Source: Nemertoderma westbladi (taxonomy: Eukaryota > Animalia > Xenacoelomorpha). Taken from it: a stretch of DNA of 64,000 bases. Made by a program: the position numbers and the translations under genes. This document shows positions 35,720 through 47,600 of this stretch, one piece after another; the first letter of the stretch is position 1, and each line of letters begins with the position of its first letter. The DNA lies in NCBI GenBank assembly GCA_032718475.1, contig JAUCBJ010006114.1:3632-67631 (forward strand). Direction: 5' to 3'. The notes under the pieces were generated by a model, which ran no database searches, had not been told where the DNA came from, and worked only from the letters and a program-made list of their open reading frames with translations.

Positions 35720-37490
35720 CCGTACAGTTACTGTACGAGGTACAGTTACAGTACAAGGTACAGTTACAGTACAAGGTACAGTTACAGTACAAGGTACAGA
35801 TACAGTACGAGGTATAGTTACAGTACAAGGTGCAGTTACATTACAAGGTATAGTTACAGTAAAGGTATAGTTACAGTACAATGTATAGTTACAGTACAAG
35901 GTATAGTTACAGTACAAGGTATAGTTACAGTACGAGGTATAGTTACAGTACAAGGTGCAGTTACAGTACAAGGTATAGTTACAGTACAAGGTATAGTTAC
36001 AGTACAAGGTATAGTTACAGTACAAGGTATATTTACAGTACAAGGTGCAGTTACAGTACAAGGTATAGTTACAGTACAAGGTGCAGTTACAGTACAAGGT
36101 ATAGTTATAGTACAAGGTGCAGTTACAGTACAAGGTACAGTTACAGTACAAGGTATAGTTACAGTACAAGGTGCAGTTACAGTAACAAGGTGCAGTTACA
36201 GTACAAGGTATAGTTACAGTACAAGGTATAGTTACAGTACAAGGTATAGTTACAGTACAAGGTATAGTTACAGTACAAGGTGCAGTTACAGTACAAGGTA
36301 TAGTTACAGTACAAGGTGCAGTTACAGTACAAGGTACAGTTACAGTACAAGGTATAGTTACAGTACAAGGTATAGTTACAGTACAATGTATAGTTACAGT
36401 ACAAGGTATAGTTACAGTACAAGGTATAGTTACAGTACAAGGTGCAGTTACAGTACAAGGTATAGTTACAGTACAAGGTGCAGTTACAGTACAAGGTACA
36501 GTTACAGTACAAGGTATAGTTACAGTACAAGGTGCAGTTACAGTACAAGGTGCAGTTACAGTACAAGGTGCAGTTACAGTACAAGGTACAGTTACAGTAC
36601 AAGGTATAGTTACAGTACAAGGTATAGTTACAGTACAATGTATAGTTACAGTACAAGGTGCAGTTACAGTACAAAGGTACAGTGTACAGGTACACTAAAT
36701 ACTAAATACACTGCAAGGTACAGTACAAGGTACAGTTACAGTACAATGTACAGTACAGGTACAAGGTATAGTTACAGTACAAGGTATAGTTACAGTACAA
36801 GGTGCAGTTACAGTACAAGGTGCAGTTACAGTACAAGGTGCAGTTACAGTACAAGGTATAATTACAGTACAAGGTGCAGTTAAAGTACAAGGTACAGTTA
36901 CAGTACAAGGTATAGTTACAGTACAAGGTGCAGTTACAGTACAATGTATAGTTACAGTACAAGGTATAGTTACAGTACAAGGTATAGTTACAGTACAAGG
37001 TGCAGTTACAGTACAAGGTACAGTTACAGTACAAGGTACAGTTACAGTACAAGGTATAGTTACAGTACAAGGTATAGTTACAGTACAAGGTATAGTTACA
37101 GTACAAGGTGCAGTTACAGTACAAGGTACAGTTACAGTACAAGGTACAGTTACAGTACAAGGTATAGTTACAGTACAAGGTATAGTTACAGTACAAGGTG
37201 CAGTTACAGTACAAGGTGCAGTTACAGTACAAGGTGCAGTTACAGTACAAGGTGCAGTTACAGTACAAAGGTACAGCGTACAGGTACACTAAATACTAAA
37301 TACACTGCAAGGTACAGTACAAGGTACAGTTACAGTACAAGGTACAGTTACAGTACAAGGTATAGTTACAGTACAAGGTATAGTTACAGTACAAGGTATA
37401 GTTACAGTACAAGGTGCAGTTACAGTACAAGGTGCAGTTACAGTACAAGGTGCAGTTACAGTACAAAGGTACAGCGTACAGGTACACTAA
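35720..37490. repeat. 18-bp minisatellite (GTTACAGTACAAGGTATA and variants) with a ~594-bp higher-order step
   Basis: Directly visible. The interrupter AAAGGTACAGYGTACAGGTACACTAAA occurs at ~36673, ~37267 and ~37465. Confidence 0.97.
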
Positions 37491-38624
37491 AGTATTCAAT
37501 TCCATCATAATTATTACGACGTACTATACTACTGTAAGTTTTCCACTACTTTCTGGGGATTTACCACATGACTGTATAATAAAACCATATGCCTAAAATT
37601 CCTCAACCACAACCATAAAGGCCTATAACTGTATTATTGAATGCCATTGGGTTACTGGTGGGCGGTGGCTTGGCATTCTTACATTAAATGGTTGACTACT
37701 AACTGCCAGGAACCAGGGCTATCCTATCTATCTATTGTATCTTCAACTACAATATACCCTCTTCTACTCCGGTAGAACAATTAATTGCCCTACATTGTGC
37801 TGTATTGTATAGAGATAGTGCTTAATTAACTTATTCACCATACACGAAGCTTTCAATAATAGAATGGCAACATGCAACATCAAACATTGACTTGTTACGT
37901 TTTGAATGAGTCTATACTGTATTCTTAGTACGTTCAGGTAATTAATTGGAAGTATGATTTTGAGTAAATTGAAAATTGGCCATATTATTTAAATGAAAAC
38001 CTCGTGTTATGATGAATTAAGCCGCAGCCATTTTGCGCATTAATACTGTGCAGAAACTGGACCCACACAGAAGCAAACCATATCCCAAATTCGTTTATGT
38101 TATTTTTGGGATCTGGTATTGTATTATTAACGTTATTATCTTGCCGCTGTTATATCTAATTTGGTATCCGGGAATATGGAATTTGTGAATAAGGAACTTG
38201 GGTTTTGGGATTTTATGCAACATATTGCCTACGGTGTGAATACAGATTGTTTGGTTTGTTACTTATTCTATACTAAAAAACTTCCTGCAGTCTATATTAT
38301 TTTTCTTCAATAATTATCATTTTATTCAATTTTCACAACTTCTCCGTATATTAAGTAGGCCTATCTTGAATAAGGAATTTGTAATAAGGAACTTGTGTTA
38401 ACATAATCCATAATCTTGTTTCACAGTTTACACTCGTTTATTGTTTTGGTTCCATCCATCCACCATCCACCTCTATAACCTGCTTTTGGTTTCATCCACG
38501 CCTCTACGAAATGTACCTTTGTAAACCTGGATAATCTTGTTACATGTGTCAACTTATTTATTGTTTCGGTTCTATCCAACCGTCTGCGTCTCTGTAACGT
38601 AACCTGACTAATTTTTAAGAATGA

Positions 38625-38975
38625 CTATCCCCAATAACTATCGCGAGGTTATCCGCATCTTCAAGGTCAGTGTCCTTTAGGAGGCGTCTCACAAAAGTCT
38701 GGTCTGTCCACCATGCTTATTTTCTTCATGGCGCTGCCAAAGCACAAGATTGTGCACAGACTGGTCCTCACGGCGAAAACAATGTCCTGCAAAGCGGGGG
38801 CGGCTTTGTTCAAGTCTCAAGTTTGGGGGACCAATGGGAAACCTCCAATATTATAGTGTCTGGTTGGAGATGTGTGCATTACTTGACACAGTGAACCCGG
38901 CGTAGCATTCTTGTGAATGTGCCATCCAGAGATTTGGTGTCCTCAGCAGTTAGAGCACAGCATGGACTCCTATAT
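38625..38975 (-). pseudogene. RTE LINE 3' fragment, same family as 22077-23600
   Basis: ACTTGACACA.TGAACCCGG.GTAGCATT.TTGTGAATGTGCCATCCAGAGATTTGGTGTCCTCAGCAGTTAGAGCA is near-identical to 22112-22200. Confidence 0.8.
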
Positions 38976-39093
38976 GAGTAGAGTGAGTGAGGGAGACTTG
39001 AACCCCAAAAGTTATAATCGCTCTAAAGAACAGATAAATAAATTTTTCAATGCCGTTTTAACTTTTTCACATTACATTTATGATTGCTATCAT

Positions 39094-40324
39094 TGTTCGC
39101 GCTTTCAGACCTTTGGCAGTTTAACCCGCCAAATTAGAATGTCTTCTAGATAATAAATCACTTTTAGTCTATGACAAGTATTTGATTCACTACACTAGTC
39201 GAAACCAATCTGTGCGCGATCATTCACCCGCTGGATATTCCCGGGAGATTGGGTTCGACGGTTTAATTTTATTGCTATGTAAGCCTAATGTATTATTCGA
39301 CTGACAGTATTATATAATCTCTGACAATATTATTCACCTTCGGGAATATTAACAGTTCCTTTAGGACGTGGCGCTTTATCTATATAAACAGAGTTATGAC
39401 TTAAACTACTCACAACGATATGGCTTAATTATAATTCACATATATGGCGCATTCTTTAGGAATTGCTTCTTTAACAGACTCACTCATACACAATGCTGCA
39501 CAATACTGCACACTAATCTGCCAATCTTCACTGATTTTAGTCACATATAAAAGGAACACAGACTGACTCATGTAGGGTCTATCAAATAACATTAGGTTCA
39601 CTTCAAACCACTTTAACATAAGTCACAATCGTTATTGGTAACCTTTCTCTCTTACCTTCGGTATATCAAGAATATTGGGTTTTCGGGGTTATTTCTCGTT
39701 ATTCCAATATAATAATTCATCAACAATATAATGAATAACCGACAACAAATAGCAGTACACAGTATCGATTGAGCAGGTAATTTTAGCAGTTTCAGCAGTT
39801 ATTAAAAGCCGTGTGTCAGCAGTCAGTGTATTCCCAGATCAGTGATTCCATGAGTTTGATCGGTATGTCAGTTAAAGGATATATGCCCTTATAATTAAAC
39901 CTACTAGTGTAAGACTAAAAACTGAAACACGGAGGTGCCAAAAGCCGGTTCTTAGGCTCTGGGCAAAAACATAACACTGAACTACTGAGTTTCTGTATAT
40001 ACCTCCAACACAGAGACAACAAACGCTCTGATTGGTCAACCTGAACAACGAGAGAACAGAGAAACAAAGAAACGTCGACGTGGCAATATCAGCTGCTAGC
40101 CGTCGTCATGGTAGCGACACTGTTTTCAAGAGTATCGAGCTTTTACGTCACGGAATTACGGATTATGTCCTCTAAAGTACAAATACAGAAGAAATAGCTT
40201 TCATGTCCGCTAAAACACCAGTACAGCAAGGACACGGCCTTTTTATGCCTGGTAAACCAACTACAGAGTACTTTACGGGAAAAATAAGGAAAAATAACCG
40301 GACAATTCAGCAAAAGCTTTTACA
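39094..40324 (-). repeat. 3' LTR of BEL element 1 (1231 bp)
   Basis: Direct repeat of 51586-52817. By eye it differs only by a 1-bp A-run indel. Confidence 0.96.
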
Positions 40325-41224
40325 CCGCTCCCAGAAAATGGGATTTTCAGTCTATAAAATATAAAAATCACAGTTTCTAAAACATAAAGATACTCTGAAC
40401 AGTTAGTCTTTCTTACGCAGACGGCGTTTACGCAGTTTTTTGAGGCTAGCAAGAGTCCTTTTCTCTTTGGGGGGAGCCACTTTACTAGGAGGGCCATAAC
40501 TCCTGGGTGAAGGGTGCAATATGATTGCATTAAAAGGTTTGGGTTTACGGTCGGTGTCTCGTCCATTTCGATATGCTTCTCCTCGAGCTGATTTTCCTCC
40601 GCTTGTCATGGGATACGTTCGTCCAAAACTCTCGCAGAGAATAGGGTTTTCTAAGCTTGATATCTTCTTTGAGATTCGAGGTTTCCCAATTGAACTGAGA
40701 TAAGGCCAATTCGTTTATCGATTGGACTTACTGTTATAACTTACGTTTATCTGAACAAACGCAGGTTTCTTTTTTGATCTTTATAGAATAGCGTTTAACT
40801 CGTTTCGTACAACGCTCTCCTTCACCTTGATGAAGGGTTGTATCGCGTTAAACGGGACGACCATACGGTTGGATAATGATATTAGGTGTCTGCGTCATAA
40901 TCCAGCTAGGTAAGATGGGCGGCTAGCTAGAAATCACTGTCGGAGTGTTACCGATTAATTGTTAGGGTAGCACTAGATCTTGAACAGTGAATACCGTCCG
41001 CGAGGATCCGCGACACCACCAGGATCGCAGGTCTGAGGTCCAACTAAGAAATGAGGAGGTTTGACCGAGTATTCCGGGACTCTGATCGTAGGTTTACTCT
41101 AGGATCGTTAGAGCCGAGTGAGCATAGGTGATACGTCAAACAAGTTTCGCTCGAAACTCCAGTAAATATAACGAACACAACTGTGTTTAACACAACGTTT
41201 CCGTGGATGTTTATGTCTTTCCGT

Positions 41225-41985
41225 TTATTGGCTGGGTCTAGGGCATTTACCGTAATAATACCCAAAAACGTACGTCTTGTAGGGGAAACGCGAGTGATCT
41301 TTCTCCAGCTTACAATATTCCTCCATCCGTTCGAAGCTGTTCGGTACAACAGGTAGCGGTCGATCGGCGATAAGATACATCATAGGGGAATCGAGCCGTT
41401 TGAGTTCTACCATGCGGTCATGATGTATACTTTGAGGATATCGAGTTTCTAGATTTTGTTGACTGGCAATATTGAGATATGTTTCTATCAGGAATTCCAG
41501 ATAATCGTTGAAGTCGCTGCGTTTATCCGGCTCCTCAACGTCTTCTCTTTCGAGTCTGTTTCGAATAGAATTCTCGTGTTCCATTCTTGGTTTATCGTTC
41601 CGCCTCTGCTGGGTAGGATATTTCAATCGTACCATTTCCCTTTTGGTGTCGACATTGTCCGTATCGTGTAAATCGATAGGATGACCAGTAGTTAAGAAGC
41701 CCATATACGTACCATTACGCTGCGTATATCGAGCAGTGAATTTTCTATAGCCCAACTCACGCGTGAGCTGCTCTTGGGACATTGGCGGTTCGATATAACG
41801 ACCATCGTTGGACTAACGTCGCCGTGTATTAAGCTATCAACAAACGCTTGTAAAAGTAGAGTATATCGCTCCCCGATACCAAGACCATCTTCTATCAACT
41901 CCGTCATATCTGCTATATATGAGTTTATCCATTTTATAATGAGTCCACATTTAGGCGAGCGGGCGTCGCTGCCTACCCCAATCAA
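41225..41985 (-). CDS. Orphan cargo ORF(s) in the 3' region of BEL element 1 (185 aa plus an overlapping upstream frame, possibly one frameshifted gene)
   Basis: The 185-aa ATG ORF 41225-41782 has globular-protein-like composition. The upstream frame MTELIEDGLG... overlaps it. No recognisable domain. Confidence 0.4.
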
Positions 41986-43254
41986 CCCCCGGACAGTACG
42001 AGATCCTCAGCGCCGATGTGTCGTCGCCGCTGTACTTTCGCCAACGACGTAGCCGCACAACGACAACGACAACCGGCACAAGTCACTCAACTGTCCGTCC
42101 CAAAGGCTTAGATGTACTTCAGGTTTTCCTTGGAGAGTTAGGTTACTTTACGATTGCGACTGGCTACTGTAAACACACCTTAGTAGTAACATTCGCCTAT
42201 AAGCTCACAAGTACCACACACACAACTTGTCACAAATTACACACACTCGGGTCACTTGTCCTTTAGTCAATGCCTTCCAGAATGTCACTGTATTATTATG
42301 TATCCTTGGATACTATCAGTGCACTATTTATTCCCTATGCTATTCAATGGGACAAGCTTTCTATTGTTCTTTTAACTCAATTCTAATTCTAGCGTGGTTG
42401 TTGCTATGGTGACATTATGCAAAGCTAGCGGTAGAATTAGGGTGATTCCAATGCATACAGATCTGGGATGTTATTTAATAGTATTCTTTAACAAGCTGGC
42501 AAGCCTGGAGGGTTCACGGTCCTCCTACTTACTGACTTAATCAGTACAATAATAATAACCGATACATCATTGTCGAAACGTACCCAGTATTCGGGTACCG
42601 GCTGGCGGCTGACCGGTACGTTTTCGTCCGGGTAGGCCTATGTTTCCTTTTCACTTGTTCCCATCGTAGGCGACCTCATGCTCATCCCACCACGACAACG
42701 ACCACCAGTAACGAGTTGGGTAGGCAGTAGGCGTCTACCGGCAACCGGTAAGTAATTACGCGCCACACGACGTCATCGTGGTCATCCCGCCATCCGCCAA
42801 CATTTATACCGGTAAGGTAAGCCTACCACCTACCGGCTGGCTACCATCGCACCGTAGGTCTACCGCCTACACCTACCGGTCAACCGGTAACGGTAGGCTA
42901 CCGCGTACCGGTACAGCGGTACTCAAAGTCGTACCGGTATTGTCGTAATTGACAAATGCAGGATTAAACCGTAACCCGTTCCGGCAGACTGAGTGCATAG
43001 TGCTAAGATTGCTAACCATTAACAAAACACAGTTCTTCGGCATACTGGACACTGGTACAAGTTAGCTATCTACTGCTAGGGCTAGGCTAGGACCTACTGC
43101 TGCACTGACCTATGACAGTACAGCAGTATGAAGATAGGCAGATAGGCCTACAGGCAGACAATCAGACAGTACTAGCAGTCTAGGGCCTACCGGACTGCAG
43201 TACCGGTACTGCAGTATTGGTAATTGCTAATGCTAATTAATTACCTTAATTAAA

Positions 43255-43612
43255 TCTTCAATTAGGTCATAATGTAGGTCCAAATTTAAAAATCGGCCTC
43301 CGTTAATCGATTTAGAAATAATTCAGGTACCTCCATGCCAAATATCAGAATCATTCATTGCGTTCCCTATGACAAGATAGCTTTTTCCTAAACCATGCGA
43401 AAACATGCAAATATAGCGCTCACATCGCACAAATACCATCTCGACACCCAATTTTTTGTATGAGCCTTCGCCATCCCTATATCTAACTTTTGTGCAAATT
43501 TTGTTTCGATTGATTAACAAATAACTGAGATAACTGAGATATCGCTCTGGACACACACACACACACATTACGGTAATAATGGTCACTTATGTCAAAGACC
43601 GTGAACCAATAG
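43255..43612 (-). mobile_element. HINE/DINE-1-like non-autonomous element nested in the BEL 3' region
   Basis: (CA)n tract next to a terminal hairpin GGTCAC...GTGAACC. Composition differs from the flanks. Confidence 0.4.
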
Positions 43613-44676
43613 TCAATGTTCTGTTTTATACATGACTTTATGAATTTTATCGGCTATTGACTATGTTTGGGAGACTTTCACACACTCATACGCATGATAA
43701 GATAAATCTCCGCTCCCTTGATCTATTAATTAATGGAATTTTGGGAACTTTATAAATTGCGTAAAAATGGCAATTTATTAAATTCATTAAAAGGCATGAA
43801 TTTAAATTTATTCCCTGAAATTTTATTATTTGATAATTAAATGGACATATTTTGATTCTAGAACATGTCTAGGGACACAAGATCCTTAATTCTATGACAA
43901 TTGTCTTTTTTAAGAATATCGGTAAATGCTACGATATCTTAATTGACTAGAATTGTTGAAGGATCTAAATTTTACAGATTTTGATTTATTAGATTTGCAA
44001 ATATTAAATAATTAATATTTGAGATGGGCACCGATTTATTCCAGAACTTGTCTGGGGACGTTAACCACTGATTCTAGAATTTGTCTTTCAAGTATATCGG
44101 TGGGTGCCGCGATATCTTAATCGACTAGAATTACAGATGGTCAAAGGGTTTAACAGATTTATTTTGCGTTATACGCTACTGTTAAAGGGACATCACGCTA
44201 CTATATGTATTATTTAATATACGGTATGAGAGCAATATCGCACGAAGCAATGTCAGTGTGAAGAGGCAAGTCGTTTCCAAGGTCTACCCAGAGCTTGGTT
44301 TAGCCGAGACACGAGGATCTGAACTTTGCATTCCTAATACTCTGCCTACCAATAATACTTGAATATAGTAGTGGCTTTATTGTACTTTAATAAGTACGGA
44401 CATTTCATCTTACTGTAGTTACGTATTTATAATAGAATACGAGCAGTAAGGAAAGAGAAAAATAATTATTTCTCGCCGTCGCACTAAATATAATATAAGT
44501 AATTACGTACGTAATAAACACGAATATATTGCACTATTCTACAAAATAATCGCTAAATAATATTCTACTAAATTAAATAAAACGATTATAATAAAATTAC
44601 ATAGTAATACATACATAAATATAAAAATAATAATATAATATAAAATAATAGAGTCACACACCCACTCCATATGTTG

Positions 44677-47600
44677 CTACGTTATGGAGTCCCTAGATGT
44701 TTGAAGGATTAGGGAGGTGGTCGTGGGAAGAGAATCTTGCCTTCCACAGTTTCCGGAGAGTCCTCCATTCCCTTCCGGTAAACACAAACGACCGACTGGG
44801 TGATTGAGTCGCTGCATCCCGAATACAATTCCAGGTTTCCTCTTCGTCCTGGAATAGTGACGATAGAGACATCGCTCTAGGTACACGACGGCCTTACAAA
44901 GCCGATTCCAGGAGCTATAGTGGTCCGTCGCTCCCTGCAGGAGAGGTGAGAGTCCCTGCGAGACGTCTGATGTTCCAGAGCTCCAATCGCTCTCTCTGAT
45001 CTTCATGAAGGATCCACTCGCGGTGGGGAGGTCCAGATCCACGGCGTCGTCCCTGGCAATATGTAATACCGACAGATCTATCCCGGGTTCAAATAACTCC
45101 GATCCACCCGTCCGGGTTTCAGGTTCGACTTTCTCCGCTCCCTTGGCTGGTCTAATCTCAGTCGGAGTAAGATGGGGAGGCCATTCATTCTCCTTACTCA
45201 GGAAGTCGGGTTCACCTAACCGGTCTATAGTATCTGTCAGTTCTTGAGGAGTTGCTCCTCTGGAAGCGATGTCCGTTGGATTAAACTTCTTGGGGCAATA
45301 TCTCCATTGATCTACATTGGAGCTAAGATTGTCATTATCTGAGGAGTGTGGTGTTCCCTCAGTTGGGTCGTCTCCCTCACTAGTATCATCTTCCCATTCA
45401 CTCACCTGGCAGACGCGATCTTGAAGCAGTCTTTCCCTGAGCGTTCTACCGGAAGGTCCAGTAAGGTACCAACCTACTCTAGTTCTTACCGCATAGGTCT
45501 GTAGTGGCTGCGGTTGAGCAGGCCGTTTCTCTAATGTCTCCAGCGCCTCATGCGCGTTTTGGCCGATGAGTATTTGCACTCCAGGATAATCAGTCTGGAA
45601 TCGAGGTATGTTAAGATGTTGGATGCTCTCATCCTCGTCCCAATCATAAAGGTCTGCTTGAGTAGTAGCGAAGTTCTTTATAGCCACCATTTTCACTGAC
45701 CTTATGCTGTGTTCTCCTAATTCGTCCTGGGGGGTGGACAACGCTCCGACATAATAATCAGCTGTTATTGTAGATTTCCAAACTTGCATAATGCCTGACA
45801 TGTTGAGCTTAGTTTGGAACTTGGGTTGTCCAGCAAATATATTTTCGGCTAGCTCTTTATCGATGAATGTTCCTGTGCTACCGGAGTCCAGGAGGGCGTT
45901 CACTATATAGCTCTTCTGAGGTCCGTGGACCCGTAACTGGACTACAGGAAATTCTCGGATTCCTATATTGGAAGTTGGCGCTTTCCAAGATGGTTGTTGA
46001 TCTGAAGTAGTTAGGGTGAGGTCGCTGTCTGTGTCTTTCTCATACATGAGTGCTCGATACACTGCGGTGGTGTTTATTAGGTAACAGGATTCGTTTTGGT
46101 CGGAGAACTCGTCCGTATAGAATCCTTCCATCTCAGATTGATCAGTGTCGTTCACATCACTGAATTGGACATGTAGTTCGGACTCACTTACCTGACTCGG
46201 GCTGTTTCGTTCGAATTCCGTGTGCAACAAGATATGATGTTTTGCGCCGCACTTTGCACACCTTGCGTCGGAGTTACAGGTTCGCCGTTGGTGTCCTCGT
46301 CTGAGGCAATTATAACACAACCGCTTATCCCACATGACTTCACGTCTATCCTCGAGTGATTTCCTCAGGAATTTATCACACGCATTTAAACGGTGGGGCC
46401 CGTCGCACAGCACACATTTCGGCTTGATGTTACTTACTTTAACCTGTGCTATGTGGTGCACACTTGTTCTTTCCTCGGGCTTTCTCACCTGAATTCTTTT
46501 AGGAGACGTAGGAAGGGTTTTTTGTACCGGTTCCCTTCTGTCATTGGGTCGAGACTCGGATTTACTTACCTGATCTTTAGGCATTTTATTGACATAATAA
46601 GATCTGTCAGTGTCTTTCCCGCTGTCCTCTCCTTGAGAAGTTTGGCTTTCACCGTCGTCGGTATAACATACTGGTGTTACCCTTCTCCTAGAAACGGGTT
46701 TCTCACTTACCTTGTTTTCCAATGTCTTCTCTATGGACTGCCTTAGGAGCTGTAATTTCACTTCTCTATCTAAGAATGACATGAGATCAGTCATGGTAGG
46801 GTCTCGTTGTTGTTGTTCCATCATATATAACACCTTCTTGTCCCAGCGTGTACCTACTCCACCCTTGGGCAAAGTAGATGCTAAGGCTCCTACAACCATA
46901 GAATTCTGGTATTCATGAGACTTACCTAACCAATCTAGTTGTCTACAGATCTCCTGAATCTCATCGGAAAACTCTATAATCCCGCTGCTAAGAAACTTTC
47001 GGGGCGCCATTAATTTCGCATATAAATACCTAGCGATATTATTCCTATTACCATACCTGATGTTTAGTGTATCCCAAACTTGTCTTAATCCGTCTGGATG
47101 TCCAATAAACTTTAACGCCATTAACTTGGGAGATCCTTCCAAGCACTCGATGAGGAATCTAAGCTTTTCTCCGTTAGATAACAAGGAGTTCTGTATGTTA
47201 TCTTTGTAATATTCATTAAAAGGTAACCATTTCATCTCATCTCCATTGAACTTGACGATCTCTCCAACCTTTACCGCTTGTCGGGCTTCGGTTCTAGCCA
47301 TTTGGCGTGTAAAACTTTCTTGAGCCATCGCATTATTGAATAGAGAATTATCGGTATATAAGTTTCTCGGATTATTATCAAGTCTAGATGAGATATCATT
47401 ATCAACAGGTTTATAATTACCCTTAATAGGGTTCACTATAGGAGTTTCTATTTCGCTAGCAGTATAGATGCGTGTAGGCTCCACACCTTGCGCATGGGAT
47501 ACTTCAGACCTAACGGGTTGACACATTGTTACAGGGGGTGGTGGTATACCCTTTTGTGTGTTCACTAATTTATCGCGTTCTAACGCGATACTTTGCTGCA

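Noticed and set aside
35645-37510. Tyr/Cys-rich repetitive structural or metal-binding protein
   Set aside because: The ORFs follow from an 18-bp unit. Both strands are open, and there is no signal peptide or unique flanking coding sequence.
39368-39619. Duplicated small ORFs (also at 51860-52111)
   Set aside because: They lie inside the two LTRs, so the duplication reflects LTR identity rather than genes.
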